Origin: Bacteriovoracaceae bacterium
GTDB taxonomy: Bacteria > Bdellovibrionota > Bacteriovoracia > Bacteriovoracales > Bacteriovoracaceae
Assembly (NCBI GenBank): GCA_043721975.1
Contig: JAYSPR010000124.1
Coordinates: 1-61,570, forward strand
Length of the DNA stretch: 61,570 bases
Reading direction: 5' to 3'
Shown here: in pieces, positions 10,478 to 20,587 of the stretch
Layout: the number at the start of each line of letters is the position of its first letter
Numbering within the stretch: the first letter of the stretch is position 1
Notes under the pieces: model-generated
What the model was told of the DNA's origin: nothing
The model's database searches: none
Seen by the model: the letters and a program-made list of their open reading frames with translations, nothing else
Translations under genes and position numbers: made by a program

Positions 10478-12560
10478 AAAAATCTTTTGGAATAACCTCA
10501 TCTTCAGTATTTAAAATTCTTTTATAAGTCATGAAGTTTCTAAAAACTAATTTGATATAATTGCGGGTTTCTTCATAAGGAATCATCTCGACAAACTCAA
10601 CATAATTACCATTGAATCTTTCTTTTTCCCAAGTGGCAATGGCGCTACTACTAGCGTTGTATGAAGCAGTCGTTTGAATAAAGTGGCCGCTATATTTAGA
10701 TCGCAATCGATTAAGTAAAGCGACACCCATTTGAATATTAGTTTCAGGGTCATAAAGATCATTAAAATCTTTATAAGGAATTGAAAATTCTTTGGATAGT
10801 TCGGTTGCTTTTTCTGGAATCATTTGCATAAGCCCAAAGGCATCGGCCCACGAGCGTACAGAAGGATTAAATCCAGACTCTTGTCTTGTGATGGCCAAAG
10901 AGTAGGCCAGAGGAACACTGTATCTTTTTGAATATTTACTAAAAATATTTTCATAAACTTGAGGATAAACGACATCAATATACTTCGTTGTAATTTCATC
11001 ACGCTTAGCAGGAGGAAAATTTAAAACTTGGCTCATTCCTCCCTGAAACCATTGGGTTGCTAAATACAAACTAAAAGCTTTCTCTCTTTCTTTATAGGTT
11101 TTAAATTTTGAATTTAGTGTTTTTAATAATTTCACTCCATACAAACTCTCATTAAATCCCATGAGCCAATCAAGCTCATTAAATCCAGAACTCTCATAGG
11201 ACATTTCTGATTTTTTAATTGGAGTTAGAGGCGTCTGAGTTTCCATGCTCGCCAGAAGACCATAGTAGCCGTACTGATCTTTTTCAGTGAGTTCAATAAA
11301 AGCTGAGGAAGCTTCAGATTTTTTCTTTAGAGCTTGAAGTGACTTTGCTCTCCAGAATTGCAACTTAGCAATAAAATTGGGGTTAACTGATTTTTTAATA
11401 AAATCTTCAGAGACAGAGATCATTTTTTTATGAGCTTTAGATAAATAATAATTCCAAACAAGTGACCATTCGATAGTTTCTTGAAGATCTAAATTGGTAA
11501 TTTTTAATTTGGAAGCTTTCTCGTATTGCTTAATGGCTTCTTTATTTTCTTTGCTTTCTAAATGAAGCCCTCCATAGATAGATAAAGCCAGGGCCTTTTG
11601 ATTATCTGTCCCCAGATTTTTCAATAAAAGCTCTTCTATTATTTTTCTAGCATCTGCATTTAAATGCTCAGTCCAAATAGCTCTTGCATAATTAATTTTA
11701 GTGTCAACCCAGGCCTCTGCAATTTCTTGATCTTCAGGTAATTTTTCTTGAAGTTCTTTTAAGAAAACTTCCATTTCATTTGTTTTTTCTAAAAAGGTTT
11801 TTAAATCCCGAGCGACTTTAAAGGATATTCGATAAGCATTAAAAGCTTTTACTTTTTCATTAATTTTAAAGTCTCCATTAATAATTTGAAGATAAAGGGT
11901 GCGCGCATTTTCAAACTGTCTGTTTTGCTCAAAATCCTTAGCGATACTATAAATATTTTGTGAATTAATTTGGGTATTATGTCTGGGAGAAATCTCGATG
12001 AGTTTAAGATTGAGAGAACTTTGATAATTGTCATTTTTTAGGCGTTTTGCGGATTCAGTTGCCAAATTTAAAAGCTTAATTTTTTCGTTCTGCGATGATT
12101 TTGTATCGATTGATGAAAAAGCAATTTGATAAATTAAATCATCATTTTGGTATTTAATAGCAAGGTTTAAAAGTGATTCCAAAAAAGATTCTTTTAAATA
12201 AGGTTTAATGACAGTCTCTTTCCAAATATTTTTAAGCTCTCTTTCTGACATTGAGCAGAGGGAAAGCGTTTTTAAAAGTGCAACTTGAAAAAGGGGAAAT
12301 TCGTCTTTTGAAGACAGATCTTTGTAGAGTTGGCAGGCTTTACTTTGGTTTTGTCCTTCTTCACTCGATTTTGCCTGAATGTATTTGATGGCAAATTCCT
12401 CTCCGGGACTTAAAGATTCGAGCTTCGAATTTGTCTCTAATTGACCTTTTAGTTGCCTTAAACGCTTAAAACTTGGTGCGTTCATCTCTTTAATCTGTTT
12501 AGTGCTACAGCCGTACAGACTGAGAACTAGCAGTGAAAAGGTGAGGAGTATTTTTTTCAT
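10461..12560 (-). CDS. slt: Soluble lytic murein transglycosylase (Slt70-like lipoprotein)
   Basis: Lipobox LYGC, helical-repeat body, ITRQESGF, AFGLMQMIP, SYNA and IPYEETRNY. Confidence 0.9.
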   Translation of the reverse strand: MKKILLTFSLLVLSLYGCSTKQIKEMNAPSFKRLRQLKGQLETNSKLESLSPGEEFAIKYIQAKSSEEGQNQSKACQLYKDLSSKDEFPLFQVALLKTLSLCSMSERELKNIWKETVIKPYLKESFLESLLNLAIKYQNDDLIYQIAFSSIDTKSSQNEKIKLLNLATESAKRLKNDNYQSSLNLKLIEISPRHNTQINSQNIYSIAKDFEQNRQFENARTLYLQIINGDFKINEKVKAFNAYRISFKVARDLKTFLEKTNEMEVFLKELQEKLPEDQEIAEAWVDTKINYARAIWTEHLNADARKIIEELLLKNLGTDNQKALALSIYGGLHLESKENKEAIKQYEKASKLKITNLDLQETIEWSLVWNYYLSKAHKKMISVSEDFIKKSVNPNFIAKLQFWRAKSLQALKKKSEASSAFIELTEKDQYGYYGLLASMETQTPLTPIKKSEMSYESSGFNELDWLMGFNESLYGVKLLKTLNSKFKTYKEREKAFSLYLATQWFQGGMSQVLNFPPAKRDEITTKYIDVVYPQVYENIFSKYSKRYSVPLAYSLAITRQESGFNPSVRSWADAFGLMQMIPEKATELSKEFSIPYKDFNDLYDPETNIQMGVALLNRLRSKYSGHFIQTTASYNASSSAIATWEKERFNGNYVEFVEMIPYEETRNYIKLVFRNFMTYKRILNTEDEVIPKDFFSSPF

Positions 12561-12642
12561 ATGGCCCTTTAAGCTTTGATTATTTAATCAATTTGTACTA
12601 TCAAGTCCTAACTTTTATTAAATTAAAAATTTTAGGACTACA

Positions 12643-14025
12643 GTGGAACTTTCAACAAGACTTTTTAGCAGCAAAACAGTTTTCTTTACATCTCTTGGTT
12701 GCTCAAAAAATCTAGTGGATTCACAAGTTATGTTAGGATACTTGGGGCTAGATGGATATTCAATTGCAGAAACACCAGATAGTGCAGAAGTTATTATTGT
12801 TAATACTTGTTCTTTTATTGAAGCTTCAAAAAAAGAGTCTGTTGACACGATTTTAGAAATGGCCGATTTCAAAAATCCAGAACTAGGTCAATGTAAGGCG
12901 CTTGTTATCTCTGGTTGCATGGCCCAAAGGTACGCAGAACAACTGGAAACAGAAATTCCAGAAGCCGATTTGATTATCGGAACAGGCGAGTACAATAAAA
13001 TCACTCTTCTCCTGCGTGCAATGGAAGAAGGAAAATTAGAAAAGAAATCTTTTGTTGAAATTCCAAAATTTATTCATACTGAATACGATCCACGTTTAAA
13101 CACATCACCATTTTATACTGCTTGGTTAAAAATTTCTGAAGGGTGTAACCGCAATTGCACTTTTTGTATTATTCCAAAACTTAGAGGAAAACTGAGATCA
13201 AGATCTGTTGAGTCTCTTGTAAATGAAGCTAAGAATTTAGCTTCATCAGGGGTACGAGAGCTCAACCTTATCTCTCAGGATTTATCAGACTACGGTGTTG
13301 ATTTGGATGAAAATAACAAACTTGCCAACCTTCTGTCTGGTTTAGAAACCGTAGAGGGAATTGATTGGGTAAGACTTTTTTATTTTTATCCAGATGAACT
13401 CACCGATGAAGTTATTGAGAAGATGGCGACATCAGAAAAAATTTGTAAATATCTCGACATGCCAGTACAGCATTTTTCGACCAATGTTTTAAAACGTATG
13501 AATCGTAAAATAACTGGTGAAAAGATTCATGAAAGAATTGAAAAAATTCGTTCAAGGATTCCGGGGGTTGTTTTAAGAACGTCGATTATTGTTGGTTTTC
13601 CAGGTGAAACGGAAGAAGATTTTGAATTACTTTTAGAAGGAATTAAAAAAGCTCGCTTTAACCATTTAGGGATTTTCAGATACTCTGACGAAGAAGGAAC
13701 ATCTGCTTTTAAATTGCAACCAAAAATCCCACAAGATGTTATCGATGAGCGCTTTGATAGACTCTATGAAGCTCAAAGAGAAATTGTTAGAGAGCTAAAT
13801 AGTGAGTTTTTAGGACGAGTTATTCCAGTTCTTATCGAAGGTGAACACGAAGAAACAGAACTCCTTATTGAAGGAAGACATTTTGGTCAAGCTCCAGACA
13901 TTGATGGAAAAGTTATAATTAACGATTTAAATGATATGAATGTAGAAATCGGTGACCTGGTTATGGTCGAGATCACCGATGTTCTAGATTATGACTTAGT
14001 CGGAAGAGTTCAAAAAATTCAGTAA
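12643..14025 (+). CDS. rimO: Ribosomal protein S12 methylthiotransferase RimO
   Basis: SLGCSKNLVDS, VNTCSFI, KISEGCNRNCTFCIIP and TRAM-region QAPDIDG. Confidence 0.95.
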   Translation: MELSTRLFSSKTVFFTSLGCSKNLVDSQVMLGYLGLDGYSIAETPDSAEVIIVNTCSFIEASKKESVDTILEMADFKNPELGQCKALVISGCMAQRYAEQLETEIPEADLIIGTGEYNKITLLLRAMEEGKLEKKSFVEIPKFIHTEYDPRLNTSPFYTAWLKISEGCNRNCTFCIIPKLRGKLRSRSVESLVNEAKNLASSGVRELNLISQDLSDYGVDLDENNKLANLLSGLETVEGIDWVRLFYFYPDELTDEVIEKMATSEKICKYLDMPVQHFSTNVLKRMNRKITGEKIHERIEKIRSRIPGVVLRTSIIVGFPGETEEDFELLLEGIKKARFNHLGIFRYSDEEGTSAFKLQPKIPQDVIDERFDRLYEAQREIVRELNSEFLGRVIPVLIEGEHEETELLIEGRHFGQAPDIDGKVIINDLNDMNVEIGDLVMVEITDVLDYDLVGRVQKIQ

Positions 14026-14027
14026 GC

Positions 14028-17000
14028 TTATTTCCCTAACAAACTTTCAGGAAATTTATAATACTCTGGACCTGTCCAAGTACCACCGTAGTGAGTACAT
14101 TGGTTTTGATTTGTGAATAAACAAGTCGGAGGAGTCCAAGTTCTAAATGTCCATGTGGCTGGGACTTTTGCACATGAGCCGGGATCTGTTTTAGTTACAT
14201 CCGAACAAGTTCCGCTAGATTCACACGAATATTCATCAGTAAAACCACCAGCCGAGCAAGAGCCAGCAACACCAACACTTCCACCTGCGCCAGCACATTG
14301 AGCATTCGATCTAAATAATCCCGCAATAGGTGTACATGATCCAGCAGCTTGCGTTCCACATGAACTATAAACTGGAGGGCTTCCAGCGTATGAATCATCC
14401 CAATCGTCAACGTCGTTATATGGCTTGTTAAAAATTGGATCAGGATTATTATTGTTCATGTTAGTGGCAGGAACTGTGACACTTTGATTAAAAATGTCTG
14501 AATCTATTCTAAATGTTTTATCCCAATCTCTTACAATAATACGAATTCTTGCCTTGATATCATAAGCAGCATCAAGACAAGTGACTGTGTAGTATGGGTT
14601 TGAATCATAACTTAACGGCGAAGCAAGTAAGCTTGTGGCCGTAGTTGCGTTTTTCCAATTCAATGTATTGGCCGCAGATGAATTACATTGATTAGCAATT
14701 GATCCATTGGCAGTTCTTACGTTGATATAATTATCACCAAATCTAATCGGAGCCTTGTGCTCATTTTCTTTATTTATCCCAGCAGCAGATGGATATATAA
14801 TAACACGCTTTCCGAGTGCTAAATTTGTTTTGTCGATAACATCTGTAACGGGACCAGCAATACAATTTGCTCTTGCGCCACCACAATTTAATCGTTTTTG
14901 AATTGTAGAAGTTCTAGTGCAAGTTCCGGTTGTAGTATCTTGAGTATAAGTTTCATCATAATAAGTGAGGTATCCTTCATCGCAATTTGGATACGCAGTA
15001 TTGTAATAACTATAATTACTTTCGCAAAGATCAACGGTTGGAGCTGGACCTGTAGAATCTAAAGCTGTACATCCACTTCTGAGTGTAATTGGATTAGTGT
15101 ATCTAGATGAAGAACCTGCTGATGAATGAGGACTCCAAGAGTTAAAATAATAAGGTGAATATTCAATATATTGACAGATACTAGGTCCAGTAAAAAGATT
15201 TAACTTAATATTTGTCTCAAAAATATCTTGCTCTTCCATATCAAGAAAACATCTTATGTCGAGTGATTTACCATTGGTAAGTAACGCAATATCTGTAGCA
15301 TCAATTCGACATTTTCTATTATTTTGATAATCACCAACTTTATGTAGTAAAGCTGACGAGGCACCAGTTTTTTCTATAACTTCAAAAAAGTCTTTTACTT
15401 CAAGAGAGAAGGCAAATGAAGTCGTCCCGATAAAGTTAGTGGCGTATAAAACATAATCTTTTTTAATAGAAGATGATGTGGCAGTACCCGAAATTGATCC
15501 ATTTGTAGTATTTAAAACTAATCCACTAGGTAAAGGTGGAGAAATTGAATATAAAATTCCATTACCATTAGAAAGTAATGTATTGATAAACATCTTTTTT
15601 CCACGTTCAAAAATAAGATAGTTTTCAAATGTAACAGCGGCAGCAACCGCAGTATTTGTTTGAAGGGCCTGAGTTTCATGGTTGTAAAAAGTTTGGCCTT
15701 TTTTGAAAAAGATACCACCACTTGCTCTAGAAATGTCACTAATTGAAAGGTAAGCACCGCTAACTTCTGAAGTATAACCAGAACTAAGGGCACTTGTGAC
15801 TACGTCTGACCCTTTAGTAAAACCTGTCACACTAGAAAGTAAAACTTTCATTGCACTATTTTCAATTTGATAAACACTCACTCCAGTATTCAGGATGTCA
15901 TCTTCATTGAATGTTTTCGCCGAAAGAGTTGTAAGCGCAGTACCTGTCAAGTATTGAACATAGAGAGTGTCTCTTCCCCCACTAACGGAAATATAAGCAA
16001 CTCGCCCAAGGGCACCGACACCAACTCCAGCTGTTGAAGAAATACTATCACCTTCTGCATACCCACTCGGAGTTGAGGCAGTTGTAACCATAACATTAAA
16101 GTGAACGGCATCACTTGGAGACCATACTTCCCCACCAGCAATACATGTTGCCTTGGTAGTGTAGATTGTATTAGTACAAGTAGAGTAAGGAATAATAAAT
16201 GCTTTTTCTGACTGATAAGCACTATTGTTATTATCTAAACTGACACCGGGATTAAAAATACCATTAAATGTCTCTATTGCTAATTGCTTTGAATTTATAA
16301 CTTTAATAATTCTAGCTCTGAGTGCATCAGCAGCAGTTCCTGGAGCTTGAATTGGTTGAAAGAGTGTTTCTCCTTCTTTAAATGCAGCCGTACTTGAAAC
16401 AGTGATGATTTGTTTTGTAGTCATGGACAAATTGCTAGGGCCATAAATAGCACTTAAATTAATGACAGAACTAATACTGCTGATAGGGTTTGAAGCAGTA
16501 AGTGTAAATTCAGTATTATTTAAAGAAGCACTGAATGTTCCAGAAATAGATCCAGTATTTGTATCTAGGTATAAACACTTTGTAATATCTGTCGGGTCTT
16601 CGCAAGGTAGTGCTGGAGAAATTGAAAATGTAATTCCGTTATTTGCACTAATTGAACTAGATGCAACTGGAAGAAGAGGATTAATTTGTGCCCCAACTTC
16701 AAAAACATTTATAGGTGTTTGAAGTGTGAATCTACCAGTAAAAAATTGCTTGTCGTTATCTATGAGATCAGATTTTTTAAATAAATAAGAGTCGTCAATC
16801 GATGCAATTGTGTAAGTTGTTCCACATGTGCCTGTACATATAGATTCATTTTTTAAAAAATATCTATTGGCCGTAGAAATATTTTCTACATAGAGAGTTC
16901 TTGTCGTTGTATCTATTTTATAAATTTTAGCAATTTTAGAAGGAGTCCATGTCCCACCACCTGTTATACAGCTTGGTTTTGATGTGAAAGCCCCTGCGGT

Positions 17001-17969
17001 ACAAATTCCAGTAATAGATTCAATAAAAGTATTAATGGTAAAAGGAGTGACAGAGTTTAATTTTATTGGAACAAGACGTGCAACTCCAACGTATTTTACA
17101 GTTTCATCAACAAATTTTGCAATACCAGCTACGTCACCTCGATTGTTAATCATAACGTTGGCTCTTGCATAAGCTCCGGCCGAAGCAGACGTTGTGATAA
17201 CAGGTACTATGTCCTTCAAATAAGTTCCAGATGCTGTCACACTCAAGAGAATTCTCTCTGACTGAGTATAGCCAAGTGATGTTAATTTTGTGTACACACC
17301 AACAGTAAGAGTTGTGTAATAATATTTTTGAAGTCCAGTAGAATCATGATATGTCATTCGAATGCGGTAAGGAATTGGTTGGCCAACGGCATACCACTTA
17401 TGAGCACCAGCTAGACAAGCAGACTGAGTTGCATACTGTACATCTGGCAAGCTACAAGTTCCGGTCGAGGCATTCCAAGATAAAGGAGTAGACTCACAAG
17501 TTACTTTGTCAGTTGAAAATGCATCACTGCAAAAAGGAGATGTAATAGATTTTGCGGAAGTTGCTGCTCCAACCATTTTACAATCAGCAGAATTAAAACT
17601 AATTCCGGCAGGAAGTGAAGAAGCCTGAGAGTTCACACCTGTTGTCATTAAATCACAACGTTCAAAAAACTTTGGAGCCTTAATACTATCTCCCAAAGAT
17701 CCATCGATATATTTTTTTGGATTAAAAGATTGCCCTACTTCAGCATATTGGCTTTCGTTATCAGGACTTCCGTAACCCCAATAAGTCGCTTGATCAAAAG
17801 GAACAGGTGCTCCTGTTTCATCAACGACAGGTCCACTACCAACGGGAGTGGTCACTACCGGTTTTTTGGGAGGATCCTTTTTGAACTTGGTTAAGCTATC
17901 GGGCATACAACCAGTCAAAACTAAGGTGATAAATAAGGGAACAATGAGTGTTGTATTAAACGTTTTCAT
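14028..17969 (-). CDS. Large surface lipoprotein with putative Ig (He_PIG-like) domains and Cys-rich mini-repeats
   Basis: Lipobox LTGC after ATG 17969; SISPxLP..L..NTxxGSISGT repeats; repeated Cx(5-8)TxxxCxxxGGxW motifs. Confidence 0.8.
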   Translation of the reverse strand: MKTFNTTLIVPLFITLVLTGCMPDSLTKFKKDPPKKPVVTTPVGSGPVVDETGAPVPFDQATYWGYGSPDNESQYAEVGQSFNPKKYIDGSLGDSIKAPKFFERCDLMTTGVNSQASSLPAGISFNSADCKMVGAATSAKSITSPFCSDAFSTDKVTCESTPLSWNASTGTCSLPDVQYATQSACLAGAHKWYAVGQPIPYRIRMTYHDSTGLQKYYYTTLTVGVYTKLTSLGYTQSERILLSVTASGTYLKDIVPVITTSASAGAYARANVMINNRGDVAGIAKFVDETVKYVGVARLVPIKLNSVTPFTINTFIESITGICTAGAFTSKPSCITGGGTWTPSKIAKIYKIDTTTRTLYVENISTANRYFLKNESICTGTCGTTYTIASIDDSYLFKKSDLIDNDKQFFTGRFTLQTPINVFEVGAQINPLLPVASSSISANNGITFSISPALPCEDPTDITKCLYLDTNTGSISGTFSASLNNTEFTLTASNPISSISSVINLSAIYGPSNLSMTTKQIITVSSTAAFKEGETLFQPIQAPGTAADALRARIIKVINSKQLAIETFNGIFNPGVSLDNNNSAYQSEKAFIIPYSTCTNTIYTTKATCIAGGEVWSPSDAVHFNVMVTTASTPSGYAEGDSISSTAGVGVGALGRVAYISVSGGRDTLYVQYLTGTALTTLSAKTFNEDDILNTGVSVYQIENSAMKVLLSSVTGFTKGSDVVTSALSSGYTSEVSGAYLSISDISRASGGIFFKKGQTFYNHETQALQTNTAVAAAVTFENYLIFERGKKMFINTLLSNGNGILYSISPPLPSGLVLNTTNGSISGTATSSSIKKDYVLYATNFIGTTSFAFSLEVKDFFEVIEKTGASSALLHKVGDYQNNRKCRIDATDIALLTNGKSLDIRCFLDMEEQDIFETNIKLNLFTGPSICQYIEYSPYYFNSWSPHSSAGSSSRYTNPITLRSGCTALDSTGPAPTVDLCESNYSYYNTAYPNCDEGYLTYYDETYTQDTTTGTCTRTSTIQKRLNCGGARANCIAGPVTDVIDKTNLALGKRVIIYPSAAGINKENEHKAPIRFGDNYINVRTANGSIANQCNSSAANTLNWKNATTATSLLASPLSYDSNPYYTVTCLDAAYDIKARIRIIVRDWDKTFRIDSDIFNQSVTVPATNMNNNNPDPIFNKPYNDVDDWDDSYAGSPPVYSSCGTQAAGSCTPIAGLFRSNAQCAGAGGSVGVAGSCSAGGFTDEYSCESSGTCSDVTKTDPGSCAKVPATWTFRTWTPPTCLFTNQNQCTHYGGTWTGPEYYKFPESLLGK

Positions 17970-18159
17970 ATCTCTATTATCGTTAAAATCTGACAAATAT
18001 TTAGGAATGATCTCATTTAGTGTGATTTCAATTGCTTAAATAAAAATGACTAAAAAGTTCTGGTAAAGGGTTGGCAAAAAAGTGTGGCAGTTGGGGAAAA
18101 TTTATAGGGGTGCCTAAGATTTATTGAGATCAATCCATTTTATCTCTATGATTTTGAAT

Positions 18160-19497
18160 ATGAAAACGAAGCTAAATATTTTATTAGTCGAAGACGATTT
18201 GCTTTCAAGATTGACCTTAAAATCTAGACTTGAATCATACGGCCATGTTTTTGAGGCAGAAAATTCAAATGCAGCTTTTACACATATTCATTCACAGTCA
18301 ATTGACATTGCTTTTGTTGATCTTGATTTAGAAAAAAAGTTAGTTGGGTTGGAAATATTAAAAGAGCTAGTGGCAAAAGATATTCATTCCATTGTTTTAA
18401 GTGGAAGAGAAGATAATACGGTTATCGAAAATGCCTATTCAATTGGGTGTACTGATTTTCTTTCAAAGCCCTTTACGATTGATTCAATTCAAGAAGTACT
18501 CATAAAATACAAAAATAAAAAAGAAGATATCTTGAGTCGACTACAAGATGTTTTGATGACTAAAGACGAAAGCCTCATTCAAGAAATTAAGATTCTTAAA
18601 ATGGCTTTAGGGGGCCACCAGCCTCTCCTTTTAACTGGAGAAAGCGGAACTGGGAAAACATTTATTGCAAAATTTTTTCATGAATTAGTTGGATCTGAAA
18701 AGCCGTTTATTCATGTTAACTGTTCTGAAATTGCAGAAAGTCTTATTGAGTCTGAATTATTTGGTCATGAAAAAGGCTCTTTTACTGGAGCACATAAAAG
18801 TAAAAAGGGCCTACTAGAGCTTGCCCATGAAGGCGTTTTGTTTTTGGATGAAATAGCAACATTACCTTTAGGGTCTCAGTCTAAGCTACTTAAAGCGATT
18901 GAAGAAAAATCTTTTTACCCAATAGGTTCAGAAAAACCAGTAAGTTCAAACTTCAGACTAGTAAGTGCAACTTGTGAAGATTTGAAAACTAAAATTGCAT
19001 TGGGAGAGTTCAGAGAAGATCTTTATTTTCGTTTGGAAGGGTATAACATTCGCTTGAAGCCTTTAAGAGAACGAAAACTAGATTTGACTAAGATAATTAC
19101 GTTTTTTCTTAAGCAGCATAAAAGAAGAATAATTCTCTCTGAAGAAGCACAGCTTTCCTTGATGAATTATTCGTGGCCGGGTAATATTCGAGAGCTTCAA
19201 AAAATTATTGCCCTTTTAAATACCAATGAAAAAGGTGTCATTTTAAAAAGTGATGTTGAAAACTTACTTTTAAATAAAAGCGAGAAAAATTCGGCAATAA
19301 ATTTTGACATGGAGACCATAAAAGCCATTGGTCTACCGCTTTACTTGGAAAAATTAGAATCACAAATATTGCAGCAAGCTCTCGCAACCAACAATGATAA
19401 AGTCAGAAAAACAATGAATGATTTAAAACTCTCAAATAATTCATTCTATCGAATCATGACGAATGTAAAGTCATCAGAGATTTCAGATGTTAAATAA
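18160..19497 (+). CDS. NtrC-type sigma-54-dependent response regulator
   Basis: Receiver ILLVEDD..FVDL..SKP; AAA+ GESGTGKT, ESELFGHEKGSFTGA, LFLDEI, FREDLYFRL and WPGNIREL. The ORF track starts at 18124; ATG 18160 is preferred. Confidence 0.92.
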   Translation: MKTKLNILLVEDDLLSRLTLKSRLESYGHVFEAENSNAAFTHIHSQSIDIAFVDLDLEKKLVGLEILKELVAKDIHSIVLSGREDNTVIENAYSIGCTDFLSKPFTIDSIQEVLIKYKNKKEDILSRLQDVLMTKDESLIQEIKILKMALGGHQPLLLTGESGTGKTFIAKFFHELVGSEKPFIHVNCSEIAESLIESELFGHEKGSFTGAHKSKKGLLELAHEGVLFLDEIATLPLGSQSKLLKAIEEKSFYPIGSEKPVSSNFRLVSATCEDLKTKIALGEFREDLYFRLEGYNIRLKPLRERKLDLTKIITFFLKQHKRRIILSEEAQLSLMNYSWPGNIRELQKIIALLNTNEKGVILKSDVENLLLNKSEKNSAINFDMETIKAIGLPLYLEKLESQILQQALATNNDKVRKTMNDLKLSNNSFYRIMTNVKSSEISDVK

Positions 19498-19681
19498 CGA
19501 TAAAGAAAAAGATTTACATCACGACATCAATGCAACTTTGTCGTCACTTCTAACTGCACTGGAGTTGATTAATGACGAATGGAAAAGTAGCCCCGAATTA
19601 GTTGATAGAATTATTCCACTAACTGTCGACAAAATTGAGCTACTTTCTTTGCAGGTCAAAGAATATCGCAAAATCCGTTAA
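19487..19681 (+). CDS. Small stand-alone HisKA/DHp-like protein
   Basis: 64 aa, H-box-like LHHDINATLSSLLTALELI plus a second helix; overlaps the regulator's 3' end. Confidence 0.55.
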   Translation: MLNNDKEKDLHHDINATLSSLLTALELINDEWKSSPELVDRIIPLTVDKIELLSLQVKEYRKIR

Positions 19682-19776
19682 ACTTATTTGAGTAATCAAG
19701 ACCAGAAATTTCCATCTATGATTTCAAAAAATCCTCGTTAAAATAAAAATATCTAATATAACGACTGGAGGATTCT

Positions 19777-20586
19777 TTGAGATTAGTTATTATTTTTACC
19801 TTGGCATTAACTATTCATATGCTTCAGGCCCAAGATAAAAATCCGCCCCAAGAAAAATCCTTCATCGAAAAAATGCGTCCAGCTTTTGCCAATATATTAG
19901 GTGCCGAATTAACCAATAAACTTATTGGAAATGAAGTTATTGCTGTTCCAAATGAAATTGCTATGCCAGCTTTACCTAAAATTATTGATGATGCTAAATC
20001 AACTGCTGTTTATAACAAAAAAGCAGATAAAGTTATTCTCGATTTAAAACTCGAAGAGAAATTTCACTATGCATACATTCGAGAAGTTTACGAAGTTACC
20101 AGACAAGCAAAGCCCACTGATGAAGAAGTTGCGAAGTACATGAACATTCTCGCGCAGGGTGGAACACGTGAAGGGATCTATAGATCACTGGTGCTTGACT
20201 CTGTTTATGGTGGAATGGAAAATTGGGATAAACCAGTGAAGAGTACAACGGCAGATTTTGCAGTTTATTTTTATCAAAAATATCTTGGACGAAAAGTTGC
20301 TAAGAAAAATTTTGAGGGGATGAGTATTTATACTCTCAAAAGATTAGTTGCCGATAAAACCCTCGATATGCTTGATGCCTTTGGGGACGATAGAGAGAAT
20401 TTAGAAAATTGGTACGCTCTCATGTCTGCTGAACTGGCTAATAAGTTTCCCATGATCTGGCAAAATCCAATGCGAAAGAAAACCTCAGCACTGGAACATA
20501 AAGCTTGGGCCGGCAAGGTCCCACTTCAGCATATGAAGAGTGAAGTTGTTATTAAACTACATTCGGCTTTTAATTCGATGATTTAA
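19777..20586 (+). CDS. Hypothetical secreted helical protein
   Basis: GGAGG SD plus TTG start, signal peptide. Confidence 0.8.
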   Translation: MRLVIIFTLALTIHMLQAQDKNPPQEKSFIEKMRPAFANILGAELTNKLIGNEVIAVPNEIAMPALPKIIDDAKSTAVYNKKADKVILDLKLEEKFHYAYIREVYEVTRQAKPTDEEVAKYMNILAQGGTREGIYRSLVLDSVYGGMENWDKPVKSTTADFAVYFYQKYLGRKVAKKNFEGMSIYTLKRLVADKTLDMLDAFGDDRENLENWYALMSAELANKFPMIWQNPMRKKTSALEHKAWAGKVPLQHMKSEVVIKLHSAFNSMI

Positions 20587-20587
20587 T

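Noticed and set aside
18060-18076. Sigma-54 -24/-12 site (TGGTAAAGGGTTGGC)
   Set aside because: Only the GG-N10-GC spacing matches, it points away from the likely target gene, and it is too weak to call.
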